In this document: positions 9,566 through 22,421 of the stretch, piece by piece | Numbering within the stretch: position 1 is the stretch's first letter | Layout of the letters: each line of letters opens with the position of its first letter | Assembly: GCF_001194135.2 (NCBI RefSeq) | Contig: NC_068999.1 | Span: 23,231,455-23,264,072 of the forward strand | DNA: 32,618 nucleotides | Direction of reading: 5' to 3' | DNA from: Octopus bimaculoides | Taxonomy: Eukaryota | The notes under the pieces: generated by a model | Seen by the model: the letters and a program-made list of their open reading frames with translations, nothing else | Database searches by the model: none | Told to the model about the DNA's origin: nothing | Translations under genes and position numbers: made by a program

Positions 9566-11948
9566 GCTACTTCTGGGTAAGAATATTAAAAAAAAAATAA
9601 TGCACCCCTCTGCCAAGCCACCTTGAGCCAGTGTGGCAAAGCAGTATGATCTCTGGTTCAAATTCACAACCTACACATTTGACAATGGTTGGTGGAGAAA
9701 AGTCACTGAGGCCTTCGTCCTGCAGTGAACTGAACATAGGCAATCCAGTCCAATTTACATAACTGGATTAGATATTTGAAAATGTTTTCTGATTTAGTCC
9801 TTTTGTAGCTAGCATCGGTAATATAGTGAGAAGAGGAAGAGCAACCTTCCTCCCTCATTTAGAAAAACAACCTCATAGATAAGAAATCATTATTATCATT
9901 ACCGTTCATTAACTCATTATTGTTTGGTAAATTAGCCAGTTTGATGGACTTTGCAGTTATTAATTATGTCCCTCTATATTCTCAGTTCAAATATTGCCAA
10001 TAAAATTACTAGCAGTAATAAAAGGTTGATTTCAATTGACTATAGCCATTCCCTCGAAATGTCTGGCCTCATGCCAGTTTGAGAAATCTTTATTATTTGC
10101 AAGTGTCATAGATATGAAATGATGGGTTTACAAGATTAGAAATGGCCAAAAGAGAGTAGAATAGTGGACAGAATGCTTTTACAGTATCTTGTTTCCTCCA
10201 ATCCATTCTAAGATCAAATCACATTATAACGAAAGTCATTTATCTTTCATTATTCTGATGTGTTGAGACTGAAATATCCAGCCCTAGTCCTTCACCATTT
10301 AGAGGTCATCTAAGTGCTAAGAAAAGATATCAGTATTGCTTCTCTCTATTACTGTATCTATATATTTTTAACTGAGAACTTTCAACCTTATGAATTTGAG
10401 TCCATGCCTACTTTATTATAAAACTATTATTAAACATCTACTGAATTACTTTGTATTTACTGGAAGTCTCTATTAAATAAAGTCTGCTCCATTAACTTTT
10501 CTGATTCACAGTAATAACAAAATATCGCTGCTTTTAACTGGTTCAGAAAACTATATATTTACTTTGAAAATCATATTGCTTTCTTTGAGTGAAGCAGTGG
10601 GTTAGTATTTAAAGGGAACTGGTATAGACAATTGTCTTTAATATATTAGTGTAAAGTATCTTATACATTGGCAGAGCAATGAATGGCAAAATTAATTCCA
10701 CCAGGACAAGAATATTTTGGTAATATGTATGTACGGTAGCAGATCTCATTCAGTGTTCTAGAGTTTTGACCAAAATCACATAAAACAAAAATAAGTTATA
10801 AAGATTGTTTTGCCATAACAAAATATACAGTTCTCTCTTTTGCTCTGATGTCAAGTTTAGTGTTAGTACCTGTAAACTCTTTTTGTGTCGTGTTCATACC
10901 TGTATTTTATATTTTTCTCATTTGTGTAATATGTATATACATGCACATACACACACACTTATATACAGGTATGTATATACATACATATGTATGTGTGCAT
11001 ACACACACACACATGTATATATATAAGTATATATACACACACACACACATACACACACGCACAACTATCCTGTGTAGCTGTATTTCACAAAAGACTTGTA
11101 GTTTTTATTATAACATTATATATATATACATATATATATGATATTTATGATATATTCCTATGTTGTTAATGTTGTGTTCCATTCCATCTCATCTCCTAAA
11201 GAACTGCCCAAGGAATTGATACCCAATAAAACAATGAAAGTAAATCAGTATCTTATTGTTTATTGATCCACCACATTGAATTATTGGTTATTTACTGCAC
11301 ACTGTATGTAAATTAAATTGAATTATTGATCTCTGCCTACCTCTACCTCCTCCCATTCTGCATGATGTTTCTTTCTACTTTGACTTAAGAGCTACTTCTT
11401 TAGTGAGAAGGAGCTGAGAGAAAGAGAGAGGGAGGGGGAGATTTGCCACAAAGAAGACAAATCTACCATTGTTGCTGAAGATTTGCTCCCACTCTGGAAA
11501 TAAAGGAGACAAGACACCAATAATAAATCAATGATAAATGCCTCAGACATAGACTTGGCTTCATCTATGATTGCCAGGCTAATATATATATATATGTACA
11601 AGTGAAGCAGCATGTGTTTGTATCTGTTACTATGCGTTTGTACATCACATACATCTATATAATAGTGAAGTTACAAACACATGAACACATGTAATTAAAG
11701 ATACACACTTGTGCAGATACATTCCTACATACACACACACATATATATATATACACACACATTCAGTAGAGGCATACATTGAGAAAGATATTAATGTTTC
11801 TTTCTGCTTGTATTAAGTTTCAGTATATTTACAGTTCATATACACTCAGGCATATACTTTCAAAAGTTATAGCTCATTAATAAAATTCTACAATATGAAT
11901 TTTTATATACTTTATAACTATCTCTCTCTCTCTGTCTCTATATATATA

Positions 11949-11994
<46 letters not shown>

Positions 11995-12417
11995 TCTATT
12001 AGAGTAAGGTCATTTATTTAACGAAGTTTAACAATAACAAACGTTTACTGATGGGTTTACTCTATGTTGAAAGTAAAATTTGTGAAGATCATCTTGACTG
12101 GAACATCTATCTGTCTGTTTATCTGTCCATCCGTCCATCCTGTATTTACGCACACACGCGAATTTAGATTTATTTCACACACGTAGACTCACATTTACAA
12201 ACATGCATATATTTTACTATTATTTGTAATTTCAAGCCATTTATTTTTTTAGTAATTTTATATTGCAGTTTATGTGTTCATAGACACAGGTTTCCAATTG
12301 TTCAGTCACTAGCTCACTGACAGCTTTTCTGATGTGCGAGAGTGAGAAGGGGGTGTCTATAATATAAATTTATACATACATATATCAATACACACACACA
12401 CACACATATATATATAT

Positions 12418-12787
12418 AGGCATGGCTGTATGATAAGAAGTGTTCTTCTCAGCCACATGGTTCCAGGTTCAGTCCAACTGTGTGGTACCTTGGGCAAGTG
12501 TCTTCTATATATAACCTTGGTCCGACCAAAGCCTTGTGAGTGGATTCGGTAGATGGAAACTAAAAGAAGCCTGTCATATATGTGTGTGTGTATGTGTTTC
12601 TCCCCCAACCACCACTTGACAACTGGTGTTGGTGTGTGTACATCCCCATCACTTAGCAATTCAGCAAAAGAGACCAATAGGATAAGTACCAGGCTTAAAA
12701 ACGAAAATAAGTACTGGGGTCAATTTGACTAAAATCTTTCAAAATGATGCCCCAGCATAACCACAGTCTAATGATTGAAACAAAAGG
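12418..12787 (+). mobile_element. tRNA-derived CORE-like SINE, type 3, with internal (TG)n
   Basis: tRNA-like head (ggttcagtcc) and CORE-like accttgggcaagtgtctt. Head is homologous to 17940-18117, 27920-28096, 29414-29580 and 31670-31813. Confidence 0.8.
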
Positions 12788-13170
12788 TACACACACACAC
12801 ACGTTTAGATCCTGTTAGGGTAGATCGGTATATTTCCAGAACAGCATTCAACGTGGACTTCTGGCTATCTACACCATCGTATTGCAACTATAGAGACATT
12901 TTCAAGTTCACTGCTGTTAACATTCCAGGTACTTCACTGGTAAAAGCAATGTCTAGGCATTTCAAAGATTAACAGATGAATAAAATGATGAAGAGGAAAT
13001 ATAGCAAGACTTTATAAATTCACAGCAATGGAAAAGGATGAAAATAACAATAATAATAATAATGATAAAAACATTAACAGTAACAATACCAATAGTAATA
13101 CAACTAATCTTAGTGGCACAAGTGACACTGATTTGACACTGGTTAGTAATAAACCACAACTTTAAGTAGT

Positions 13171-13390
13171 GTTCATCATCATGTAACATCCATTTCTCAT
13201 GCTAGTATGGGTTGGATTGCTAGACAGGAACTGGCAAGGCTAGGGGCTGCACCAAGTGCTGTAGTCTGTTTTGGCTTGGTTTCTATGGCTGGGTGCTCTT
13301 CCTAATGCCAACCACTCCACAGAGTGTACTAGGTGCTTTTTATGTGCCACTGGCATAGGTGCCATTTATGTGTCACCAGACAAGGTGACA
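13171..13390 (-). mobile_element. RTE-type 3' end fragment with (GAT)n tail, diverged
   Basis: catcatcat...catgctagtatgggttgga...cttcctaatgccaaccactcc, homologous to the 24743 and 25490 copies. Confidence 0.7.
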
Positions 13391-14563
13391 TTTTGTGTTC
13401 TTGAGCAAAACACTTCATTTCATTTTGCTCAAGTGCCATGTGGGAGACCAGCATGTCAAAGAATAGATTCAGCATTTCCTTTGTTTGTCATAAAAAGCAA
13501 CTAAAAGAGGTTGAGCTAAGATTTGCATTCTGATCTTGTAGAACCCTCACCAACAACTACCCAAACTACCCATGGGTTGGAGGGTTGTTGCCTGAGTAGT
13601 GCAGAAGCATCATCTGTCAGGTGTATGCAGCAAGACACTGTAAAACTGCGTTGTTGCATATGGTTGGCAGTTGAGGTGGTTCAAATGAGAGAAAGCATTG
13701 GCTGGCAGCACAGCTTGGTGAAGTTAGGAGTGCATTAGATGTGGTTGGAGGATGATANNNNNNNNNNNNNNNNNNNNNNNNNNNNNNNNNNNNNNNNNNN
13801 NNNNNNNNNNNNNNNNNNNNNNNNNNNNNNNNNNNNNNNNNNNNNGCAGCACAGCTTGGTGAAGTTAGGAGTGCATTAGATGTGGTTGGAGGATGATAGT
13901 GGTCTCATGCATGCAGTCACCACTTATATCTCAGCCTGCTGAAGGGCTGGTGGATAGATAGAATGATGGAGATGGTGCAATCAGCACAGGTGATAGGGAG
14001 ATGGGAGTTAGAGGGTTATGAATAATAAAAAGACAGGTGATAAAGATGTGGTAAGCAATAGGTAGATAGAAAGGTGATATCAAGGATGTAAGGTGAGGGG
14101 CCAGCAAATGTAACCCTGACAGGGCACAAATATTGCAACCTCTAAACACTGCCCTAGAGTTAGAATATGTGTTGCCATAGAGGGCGGTTCTTCTGTAGTT
14201 TGGTGTATCACCAATCAGTTCCAGTCCTTTGCTACTTTCTCCATAAGATACAACATCTTCTAGTCACCTTTCACCATTTCTTCCCAGGTCTCTCTCTCTC
14301 TCAGGTTCCACCAATTTGCAACACTATGCAGTAGTCATCATCATGTACTCATATCAATAGTCCTCTTTCTTGTGCACAATATCTGATTCCTCTTACACTC
14401 AGTTTTTTTTCTCAGTTCATGGATGTGCATGTGTGTGTGTGTTTATACGCACAGAAACACACAACATATACACACATTTTAAACAAATAGACATGCAAAT
14501 TATAAGAGTGCATTTGACATATATGTGTGTATATATATGCACATATTTAAGCATATGAATATA

Positions 14564-14623
<60 letters not shown>

Positions 14624-15973
14624 CACACTCACACACACATATATCCATAGAAAAGTAAGTTTTTCTAATTGAAGATCTTTGTTGTTTCAACTTTATCAAA
14701 AACCTCAGCTGCTACAACAGTTCACACAAAAGTAAAAGCTGCTCTTTTTTTTTATCTCCTCTCCTTTCTTCTTTGCTAAAATAATTCCCATTATATATCT
14801 CTCGGTTTGTTTCCAAGCTCTGTTTTTTTTTTTGTTGTTTTTGTCAGTCTTTTCCTTTCTATTTTTGTTGTATGTTGCCTTTTAATTTTAAGTNNNNNNN
14901 NNNNNNNNNNNNNNNNNNNNNNNNNNNNNNNNNNNNNNNNNNNNNNNNNNNNNNNNNNNNNNNNNNNNNNNNNNNNNNNNNNNNNNNNNNNNNNNNNNNN
15001 NNNNNNNNNNNNNNNNNNNNNNNNNNNNNNNNNNNNNNNNNNNNNNNNNNNNNNNNNNNNNNNNNNNNNNNNNNNNNNNNNNNNNNNNNNNNNNNNNNNN
15101 NNNNNNNNNNNNNNNNNNNNNNNNNNNNNNNNNNNNNNNNNNNGAGAGAGAGAGAGAGAGAGAGAGAGAGAGGCATGGATATATTCAACAGACTTCATCG
15201 TATTTTGTTAGGATTGTCAGTTTTATCGAAATATAATAATCTGGACAAAAGTTATTGATCTAGTTGTTGCTCCAGTCTATGAAGACCAAATGGTTTACTT
15301 GTTTCCTCAAATGTCTTCCTTGTTGCATTCCTGATGGAACTATTTAAAAAGCTACATAACCTTTCCTTTCATGTACATAAAATCAAATATCTACATGAGA
15401 TAATTTTTGTTAGTATAAAACCAAAATTTTACTATAATGTACATGTATCCATTCATCCATTCAACTATATATATATCCATGTACATCTGTCTGTCTCTCT
15501 CTCTCTCTCTGTAGATGTGTGTGTGTGTGTGCGCGCACACACACTATAATCATTAGCTTTACATCTGTCTTTCTATGTTGGTATGGGTTAGATGTGTTGT
15601 CATGGTTCACCTCATCTTGTACACACTGTAACAGATAACCTGCCAACTTTGGTACTGTGTGTATCTTATTGTGTGGACTGGATGCTTTTTATTCATACCA
15701 GACATACTAATGAGATTATCTTATGTGAAGGGATTAAAGAGTTACCTCTACCTTATATCAGTTCTTATTTAGAGTTACTGCTGTCTTGGATAGGTAGCCT
15801 GCGATATGGTGTGTGGGGGGGGGGGGGGTAGGAAGTTTGCTTTTCAACCGCATGGGAATGAAGACATGACACTGCTAGTTTGGCAGAGAAGGTAGACTTT
15901 ACATGGGGTAGATGCATAGAGCAATATATACTAAGAGTGAATACGAAATAGATTCTTATGTCCAGGCAGCATT

Positions 15974-16412
15974 GTAGTTGTTGTTGACAGCTTGTGTTAT
16001 CTAGCAAACTTAACTAGCAGAAGGGATGAGCATCCAGAAAGATTTGTAGTCAGAATAAGAACTAGATGAAAAAATTGGAGTTATTACCTCTGCTGGCAGT
16101 GAAGGGCTTTTTCCTCATGATAAACAGAATATATAATGCATGTATGAGAAGTGCAATGATGCATAGTATGAGTTGTACCTCACATAATGCAACTACTCTA
16201 TTTCCTGTCCTTGCTCAGTTGAATTGTCTCTTTAGTCTTGAAAGTTACAAGACAACCAACCACACTAGTGCTGGTGCTGAGAAAAAAGCATTATAAAGGG
16301 AATCCAGCTGTAGAAACCATGCCAAAACTGAGACACTGGTGCAAGATGTGATCCTTTGACTTGTTGGATCCCATCTTAAGCATTCAAACCATCCCAGACA
16401 TAAAGATGATGA
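15974..16412 (+). mobile_element. Decayed RTE-clade LINE remnant (RT C-terminal region plus 3' tail)
   Basis: Reads VVDSLCYL...VRIRT...LELLPLLAVKG...RIYNACMRSAMMHS, matching the recalled RTE pattern VDSFxYLG...RIRxxWxKFRELLPLL...RLYDACVRxAMLHG. Tail gggaatccagctgtagaaac...gatgatgat. Confidence 0.75.
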
Positions 16413-17376
16413 TCATAATCCCAAAATGTAAATCTGTATATATCTGCATGTGTGTGTTTGCACGCGCATGCGTGCACACACACATATACATATAATATTA
16501 CCTAATTAGCTTAACTTGTGTACTAGCTACTTTGGGGATCTAATTATAAAGCAATTAGTACATACTGACTTGCTAGAGATTGCATAAATTTTCCAAATAA
16601 TTGTTCATTTCAAACCTGCACTTTATTTTACTATGAATGATCTGATTGATGTAGTATTTGCAATAAATGTATTATGGCTCTGGAAAACATTAATGCACAA
16701 GAATATTAATATTATGGCTTGTTTAAGGTGACTTTGTATGCTATTTAGAGGGTGGCAGTATCTTGGCTTTAACAGACAACCAGCTCATTAGATCTCCAGG
16801 CACATAGCCAAAGCCAATGCTTCATTTGATCAAGTATATAAACATCTCTGGAACAGCTGTAATATCGGTTTGAGCACCAAGCATTTAATCTTTCAAGTTA
16901 TTCAAATTGTAGCCATCTTGTCTGTATACTGGGTTTGTTGTTTGGAGAACTTATGATTGTAATTATATTCCCACTTTTTTAAGACAGTTATTGGTCGGTC
17001 ATGCAGCTATGTGAAAGCTTACACATAATTACTATCTATTCCAGTGCATTCAATCTTTACATTTCTGATGTTGTACAACTTACGATAAATGTTCATATTA
17101 ATCTAGCAAAGACGCTATTTGCAATAACACCCTGAAATAACTTTTCACTGTGGTTCATATAATACACATGTTCACCAGGAAATTCATTATCTTACAATGT
17201 TAAAACCTTGTAAAGGGTTTGCCAACTATTTCTAATTATTCCCAAGATTTTAAGAATTAATTTCTGAATCCAGCTTGCTTGCCTAGCAAGTTACCACAAG
17301 TTATTAGCTAGGTGAGTAACTAGTGTAACACATTCAACTATTTCTTTGGAAAATCTAACTTGATTGTTTTTTTTAA

Positions 17377-17596
17377 CCCTTTTGCATTCAGATTACTCAA
17401 TCAAATGCAATGCTTATTTATTCACATTGCTTTGAATTAATCCTGCATTATCTCATAGTTTTGAGATTCTGATGATGTGATTGTTTATTTTTCGAGTGAC
17501 ATTGTAGGGTAGGTGTGAGAAGCTGGATCTGGCCAGTTTGAACATAAAATAGGTGGAATATTTTAGCTTAATATAGCCAGTCTAAATGCTAAAGGG
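17377..17596. mobile_element. piggyBac-like MITE, 220 bp
   Basis: TTAA target duplications at 17373-17376 and 17597-17600. TIRs cccttttgcattcaga / tctaaatgctaaaggg (14/16). Confidence 0.85.
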
Positions 17597-17684
17597 TTAA
17601 TCATTTTACTTACTGTCTGTCTGTTTAATCTTTCTAACTAATTTTTCTGTTAATGCCATTGGTTTGCAAGTGTTCTAATTTCAT

Positions 17685-18117
17685 TATCATCATCATCATT
17701 TAGTGTCTGTGTTTTCATGCTTGCATGGGTCAGACAGAATTTGCTAAGGCAGATTTTTTATGGCCAGATGCCTCTCCTGTCACCTATCTTCACCTGTTTC
17801 CAAGCATGTTGAAATTTCCCGTGGCCTAACGTTTTGTCCATGGAAGATGAGAAACAAAGACTATTACTTGTATGATAATGTTGCTTGTTTACAACCATCA
17901 TGTGATATCAAGACAAAAGTACATCTGAGTACACAGATTCAAAACACACACATGATGGGCTTCTTTCAGTTTCCATCTACTAAATCCACTCACAAAACTT
18001 TAGTTGGTCCAGGGCTATAGAAGAAGACATTTGTCTAAGATGCCATGCAGTGGGTACTGAACCCAAGACTACATGGTTGGAAAACAAGCTTCTTAACCAC
18101 GCAGCCACACCTGCACC
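17685..18117 (-). mobile_element. SINE type 3 head with RTE-like 3' tail ending in (GAT)n
   Basis: tRNA/CORE-like head at 17940-18117 and tail at 17685-17920, colinear with 31357-31813. Confidence 0.8.
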
Positions 18118-18439
18118 AAACCATTTATATTTCTCATCAACCCTTAACTGCCACCGATAGTAATCACTTGCTATTTATATCACTTGATATTGGCTTCTTC
18201 TCAATTATATCTTGATTTATCTGTCAATCATTACTTACAGATAGAAAATTGTCAAACCTCTGTCTTCTACAACTCTTGTAACTTGACAATGTACCTCACC
18301 TGCCAGTTAGTTAACTTTCCTTTTAGCCTCACATCCAAGTAAACACCTTTGTTTTGTGCACACATGCACAAATATGTATTCATTTATTCATCATCACTAT
18401 CATAATCTATGATCTAATGTCCTTTTATTTTTTTCATGC

Positions 18440-18835
18440 ACCTTGGGTTAGGCAAATTTATTGTTCAACATATTTGCATTCACCTCAGTCTTTTTGTCAT
18501 CTCTCTTTCCAGGCTTGATGGCTTAAGATCTGACCTAATCACTTTTACAATATCCTCTTCTTGGGGAAGTATCTGCTTCAGAAAGATCTACCATATCAGC
18601 ACTGCTGTGTCTTCTGCATATTTTGACTGCTCTCTTTACACTGTCAAATCAGTTTCCCATCTGCTTCCTGGGCAGATACATATTTCACATCCGTTACATT
18701 GCACTTGTATGTTCCTCTCCATCCTACCATAGTCTGTCACCAGTCAATGTCGTATATCTCTCATGTAACATCACATTTATTATGTCTGCTTCATACAGTC
18801 TGCTTTTGCACCATTAGAGAAAACCTTTGTTGCTG
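18440..18835 (-). mobile_element. Old RTE-clade LINE ORF remnant
   Basis: Minus-strand reading gives KSRLYEADIINVMLH... and VIRSDLKPSSLEREMTK, with many stops and frameshifts. Confidence 0.55.
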
Positions 18836-19503
18836 GTAGAATCATTAGCTATATACATACACACACATCATGTATGCCCATACATGTGTGTATTAGGACC
18901 ACTAGAATGTGCAAAAGATTCCAGAAGTTCAACTTCTAACTCAAAATCTTTATATCTTTCAGTCGGTTAAAATCTGACAATATCTAATAGACTTGGATAT
19001 TGATCTGTCACAAGGTTAACTTAGCTTTTGCTGGAACTCATTTCCAGCTGAGTGAACTGGTGTAACATGAAATTAAGCGTTTTGTTCAAGAAGACAACAC
19101 ATAATCCAGCCTGAAATCACAATCTTATGATCATGAGTACAACACCCTTACTACACTAATCCAAATAAAGCCTTCCCACACTATCTCTAATAAGACCAAA
19201 AATATATCATCATACTTACCAAAGATTAGACACATTACCCAAAACATGCCCTCATTCAATTTCTGACTTTTTGCTTTGCTTTTCTGAATTTTTTTATACC
19301 AGAACCATTGGAACTAATGATTTATCCATCCTCACTGCAAGTTTTAATGAATGAAAACTTTTTCCTTTATAGCTCACTATATTACATAGCGTCCTCCTCA
19401 GTTAAGTACCCCCCCCCTACAACACACCCTTCATGTACATACACATTCTTGTTCTCATTCATACATGTGGTGTCTTCTTTCTATTCATGAAGTCTCTCTT
19501 TCT

Positions 19504-19552
<49 letters not shown>

Positions 19553-21212
19553 ACACACACACACAACTATTTGAATGTCTAATGGACAACTGTTGGTTAA
19601 TATACACTCTCAAACAGATATTAAGTTATAAAGAGGAAGAGACTACTGCTGATAGTGATACAACAGTAGGTGCTTATACTGAGATGCAGTTAAAAACAAC
19701 CTCTAAAATACTCATCTGTATATTTTTATTGCTACTGGTTTACATTCTCAACTGTGCCAACTTAGGAACTATGGAAATGGTAATGACAAAGATAATCTTT
19801 TTACATTAGTTTTTTTCTTCTTTCTTTTATTTGATTTTATTTCCATTTTATTTCAGTGATTGTTTATTTTTCAAATTGTCATTTTACCTTAACAAACATA
19901 AAAGATTGAAAACAATGAAAACATTGGCTCTCCTTCAGATTCAAACCTTAAATTTTTTTTTTAACATACAACTGGAACAAGCTTATTTCTGGGTGTGGCA
20001 CAGCACATAGCTTTTAGGTTGTTGTTGACATTAGTTTGTATGTACTGAATATCTACTTATCACCACCATATAATTAATAACAGTTAGTACTGAACATTCT
20101 GCTAGCAAAGAATTAATAAATATACACTGAATATTCACTACCATAGAGATAATATTAGTAAGTACAAAATATCTGTTAATACTAACATACTGTTAATATT
20201 AGTTCAGGAGTGCTTTTAGTGTAATTGATTATGTGATCATCTGCTATGGCAGATATATAGTTCACCTGTAATAGGCAGTTCTGTTTGTCATTTAATTTTG
20301 TTTGGATCCGGATTTTTAGAGTAAGGTGTACCAGGTCCTTATATCATAAAAGGCTATGAAAAGAGTTGGTATCAGGCAGGGTACTTAATCATAATAAAGT
20401 CCCATCGAACCCATGCCAGCATGGAAAAGCAGACACAAAAATGGTGGTGGTGGCAGTGATGATGGTGGAGGCATCTGCAGTGGATTTGATGTTGTTGCTG
20501 CTGCTGCTGCTGCTGAAGAATATCCACTGTTATAGAGAATAACTAGTAGTTTGTACATACTGAATATCCAGTGTTGCTCCAACCCCAGTTCATGGCACAG
20601 CACTTCCATTGTTGCCAAGTCTAGTCTTTACCCAGTTTTAATGTCTTTTTATAGGTTCTTTTTTTTTCTTCTTTTATAAACAATAATTTCCTTGGAAACG
20701 GTTTTAATCATCTCACTTGCCATTCCCCATGGTGTGTAGACCAAGTGTTATCTAATTTGTATCATGTCAGCTCCATACATAATAATGACTATGCATAATT
20801 TTATGTTGAAAACTACATCTATACTCTTAACTCTGGGTGTGAATATAAAATTAGAAAAATACATATGTGTATTTCATGAAATTAAAGTGTTCAAGTTAAC
20901 ATTCTATTCTTGTAATCAGTATATTTTTCAGTTTTCACATAGTAATAATAATAATACTTGTTTTTCAGATTGTGCTCTGAGGCAATTATTTCATGGTTAG
21001 ATTTATTATGATGAGTGTATTTAAAAGAACACAATATTAGAAATACACCCTAAAACTAGATGATATCTTTTCCCCCTCAGTGTGTACAATTATTTTTTTC
21101 ACCGACCCAATCACCTCACTCTATTTCAGTGAATAATTGTGTTTTAAGACAACTCAAATTTTTAAAAATAATCTCATTGCATTTACTTCTTTTCTATACA
21201 TTCACCTTTAAC

Positions 21213-21245
<33 letters not shown>

Positions 21246-21373
21246 ATTTCTATATATCTATGTGTGTGTATGTATATTTGTGTGTGTATATAGCTAAAAT
21301 ATGCTTTTGCATTTTGTGTATTATCTTCCATAGTTTTTATTCTTATGTTAATTATGCTTTATTTTTCTTCCAG

Positions 21374-21627
21374 ATATCTTTTAAGTTATGCTGAATTATT
21401 TTGAAAACTTCACATGATGTCTTCTGTACAATTAAATTGCCATTCTGAACACAATGGACACCCAAGTTGAACTGTGTTGACACCACCTCAAAAGGTTGGT
21501 CAGTAGTGAGGAGCATGCTATTTGAGTTTTTGGGCAGGATTGTACAGCCCTCCATTGGTGTGGTTTCTCTTTGCCAACACCACAACTGCCATCTGTCATT
21601 GTTGCCACTGCACACTTATCTCAGGCC
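21374..21627 (+). other. POMGNT1: Putative 5'UTR part of the first coding exon of POMGNT1, containing upstream ORFs
   Basis: Strong acceptor ttatgctttatttttcttccag| at 21373, followed by more balanced base composition up to the ATG. The true 5' boundary cannot be fixed without transcripts. Confidence 0.5.
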
Positions 21628-21753
21628 ATGGACAGCTGGGTACCTAACCCTAATGCTAAACCATTTATACCTCGAAAACGAATGGTTCGGAATGCCTCTG
21701 GCTTTCATGTTCGGACATATTCAAAAAAGAAAATACTGGCTAAAATATTTCAG
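21628..21753 (+). CDS. POMGNT1: POMGNT1 first coding exon (cytosolic N-terminal tail, 42 aa)
   Basis: ATG in strong context (gccATGg) with an in-frame upstream stop at 21523-21525. Encodes MDSWVPNPNAKPFIPRKRMVRNASGFHVRTYSKKKILAKIFQ, similar to recalled human MDDWKPSPLIKPF...RRFCQ. Ends at phase-0 donor CAG|gttagt. Confidence 0.9.
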
Positions 21754-22085
21754 GTTAGTTGTATGTTTTTTTATTTTTTCTATATTTTATTGCTTCAAAA
21801 ATTAAACTATTTCCTGTTATTTAGGCTTCTTATTCAGTAAATACAAAATGTGGAATGCAATGATTGGGTGTGTCTGTTTGGACACTGGTGATTTGATGCA
21901 GCTGACTGGATACTGTACCTATTTTTGGCACTGAAGCAAAAACACACACACACATGTACATGCATGCAGATAGAGAGAATGAGGGGGAGACAGAGAGAGA
22001 GAGAGAGAGAGATGTCTAATGTGAAATAAGTCAGTGTCAAATCAACAATGCCAGTAGGCAGTGCCAAAACATCTCAAACCCTATA

Positions 22086-22119
<34 letters not shown>

Positions 22120-22421
22120 ATGTTAAGCTCCAAGTGAAGAAACTGTGATGAAGCTATAAGTTGTAGAGGTTTTTCTGCTTAAGAAAATTGGTTGCTTGAT
22201 AAAAAGTTTGTAGATTCTCTAAGCTGAAGTAATGTTCAGTTTTCCTTAGTAACAACATGGCTTCTCTTCTTTATTCCATTTTATTTACAGTTTGTTTTAA
22301 TTGGTTTCCTTTATGAGATTAACTTTGCTGTACATTTTTAACTGGTTTTCTATACAAACTAAACTATTCTATTGATTACCAATAGAGTTGAGATCAATGA
22401 TTTTAGTGTTTGTATTTGCAG

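Noticed and set aside
11387-11590. Possible LINE endonuclease remnant (STIVAEDL..PL)
   Set aside because: Only a faint motif resemblance, interrupted by a stop and partly (GA)n; cannot be supported without a search.
13705-13898. 53-bp direct repeat (13705-13757 / 13846-13898)
   Set aside because: Identical copies directly flank an N gap, so this is an overlapping contig-end artefact.
15516-15545. (GT)n-gcgc-(AC)n inverted microsatellite with Z-DNA potential (also about 16449-16483)
   Set aside because: Common by-product of microsatellite evolution in this kind of genome; nothing indicates function.
20764-21000. ORF containing LLTLGVNIKL, superficially like the POMGNT1 TM segment
   Set aside because: It lies upstream of the start codon, lacks convincing splice sites, and a much better TM exon exists at 22422.
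21571-21627. N-terminal extension of POMGNT1 from the TTG start in the ORF track
   Set aside because: Non-AUG start with no similarity to the recalled orthologue; ATG 21628 has strong context and aligns with the human start.
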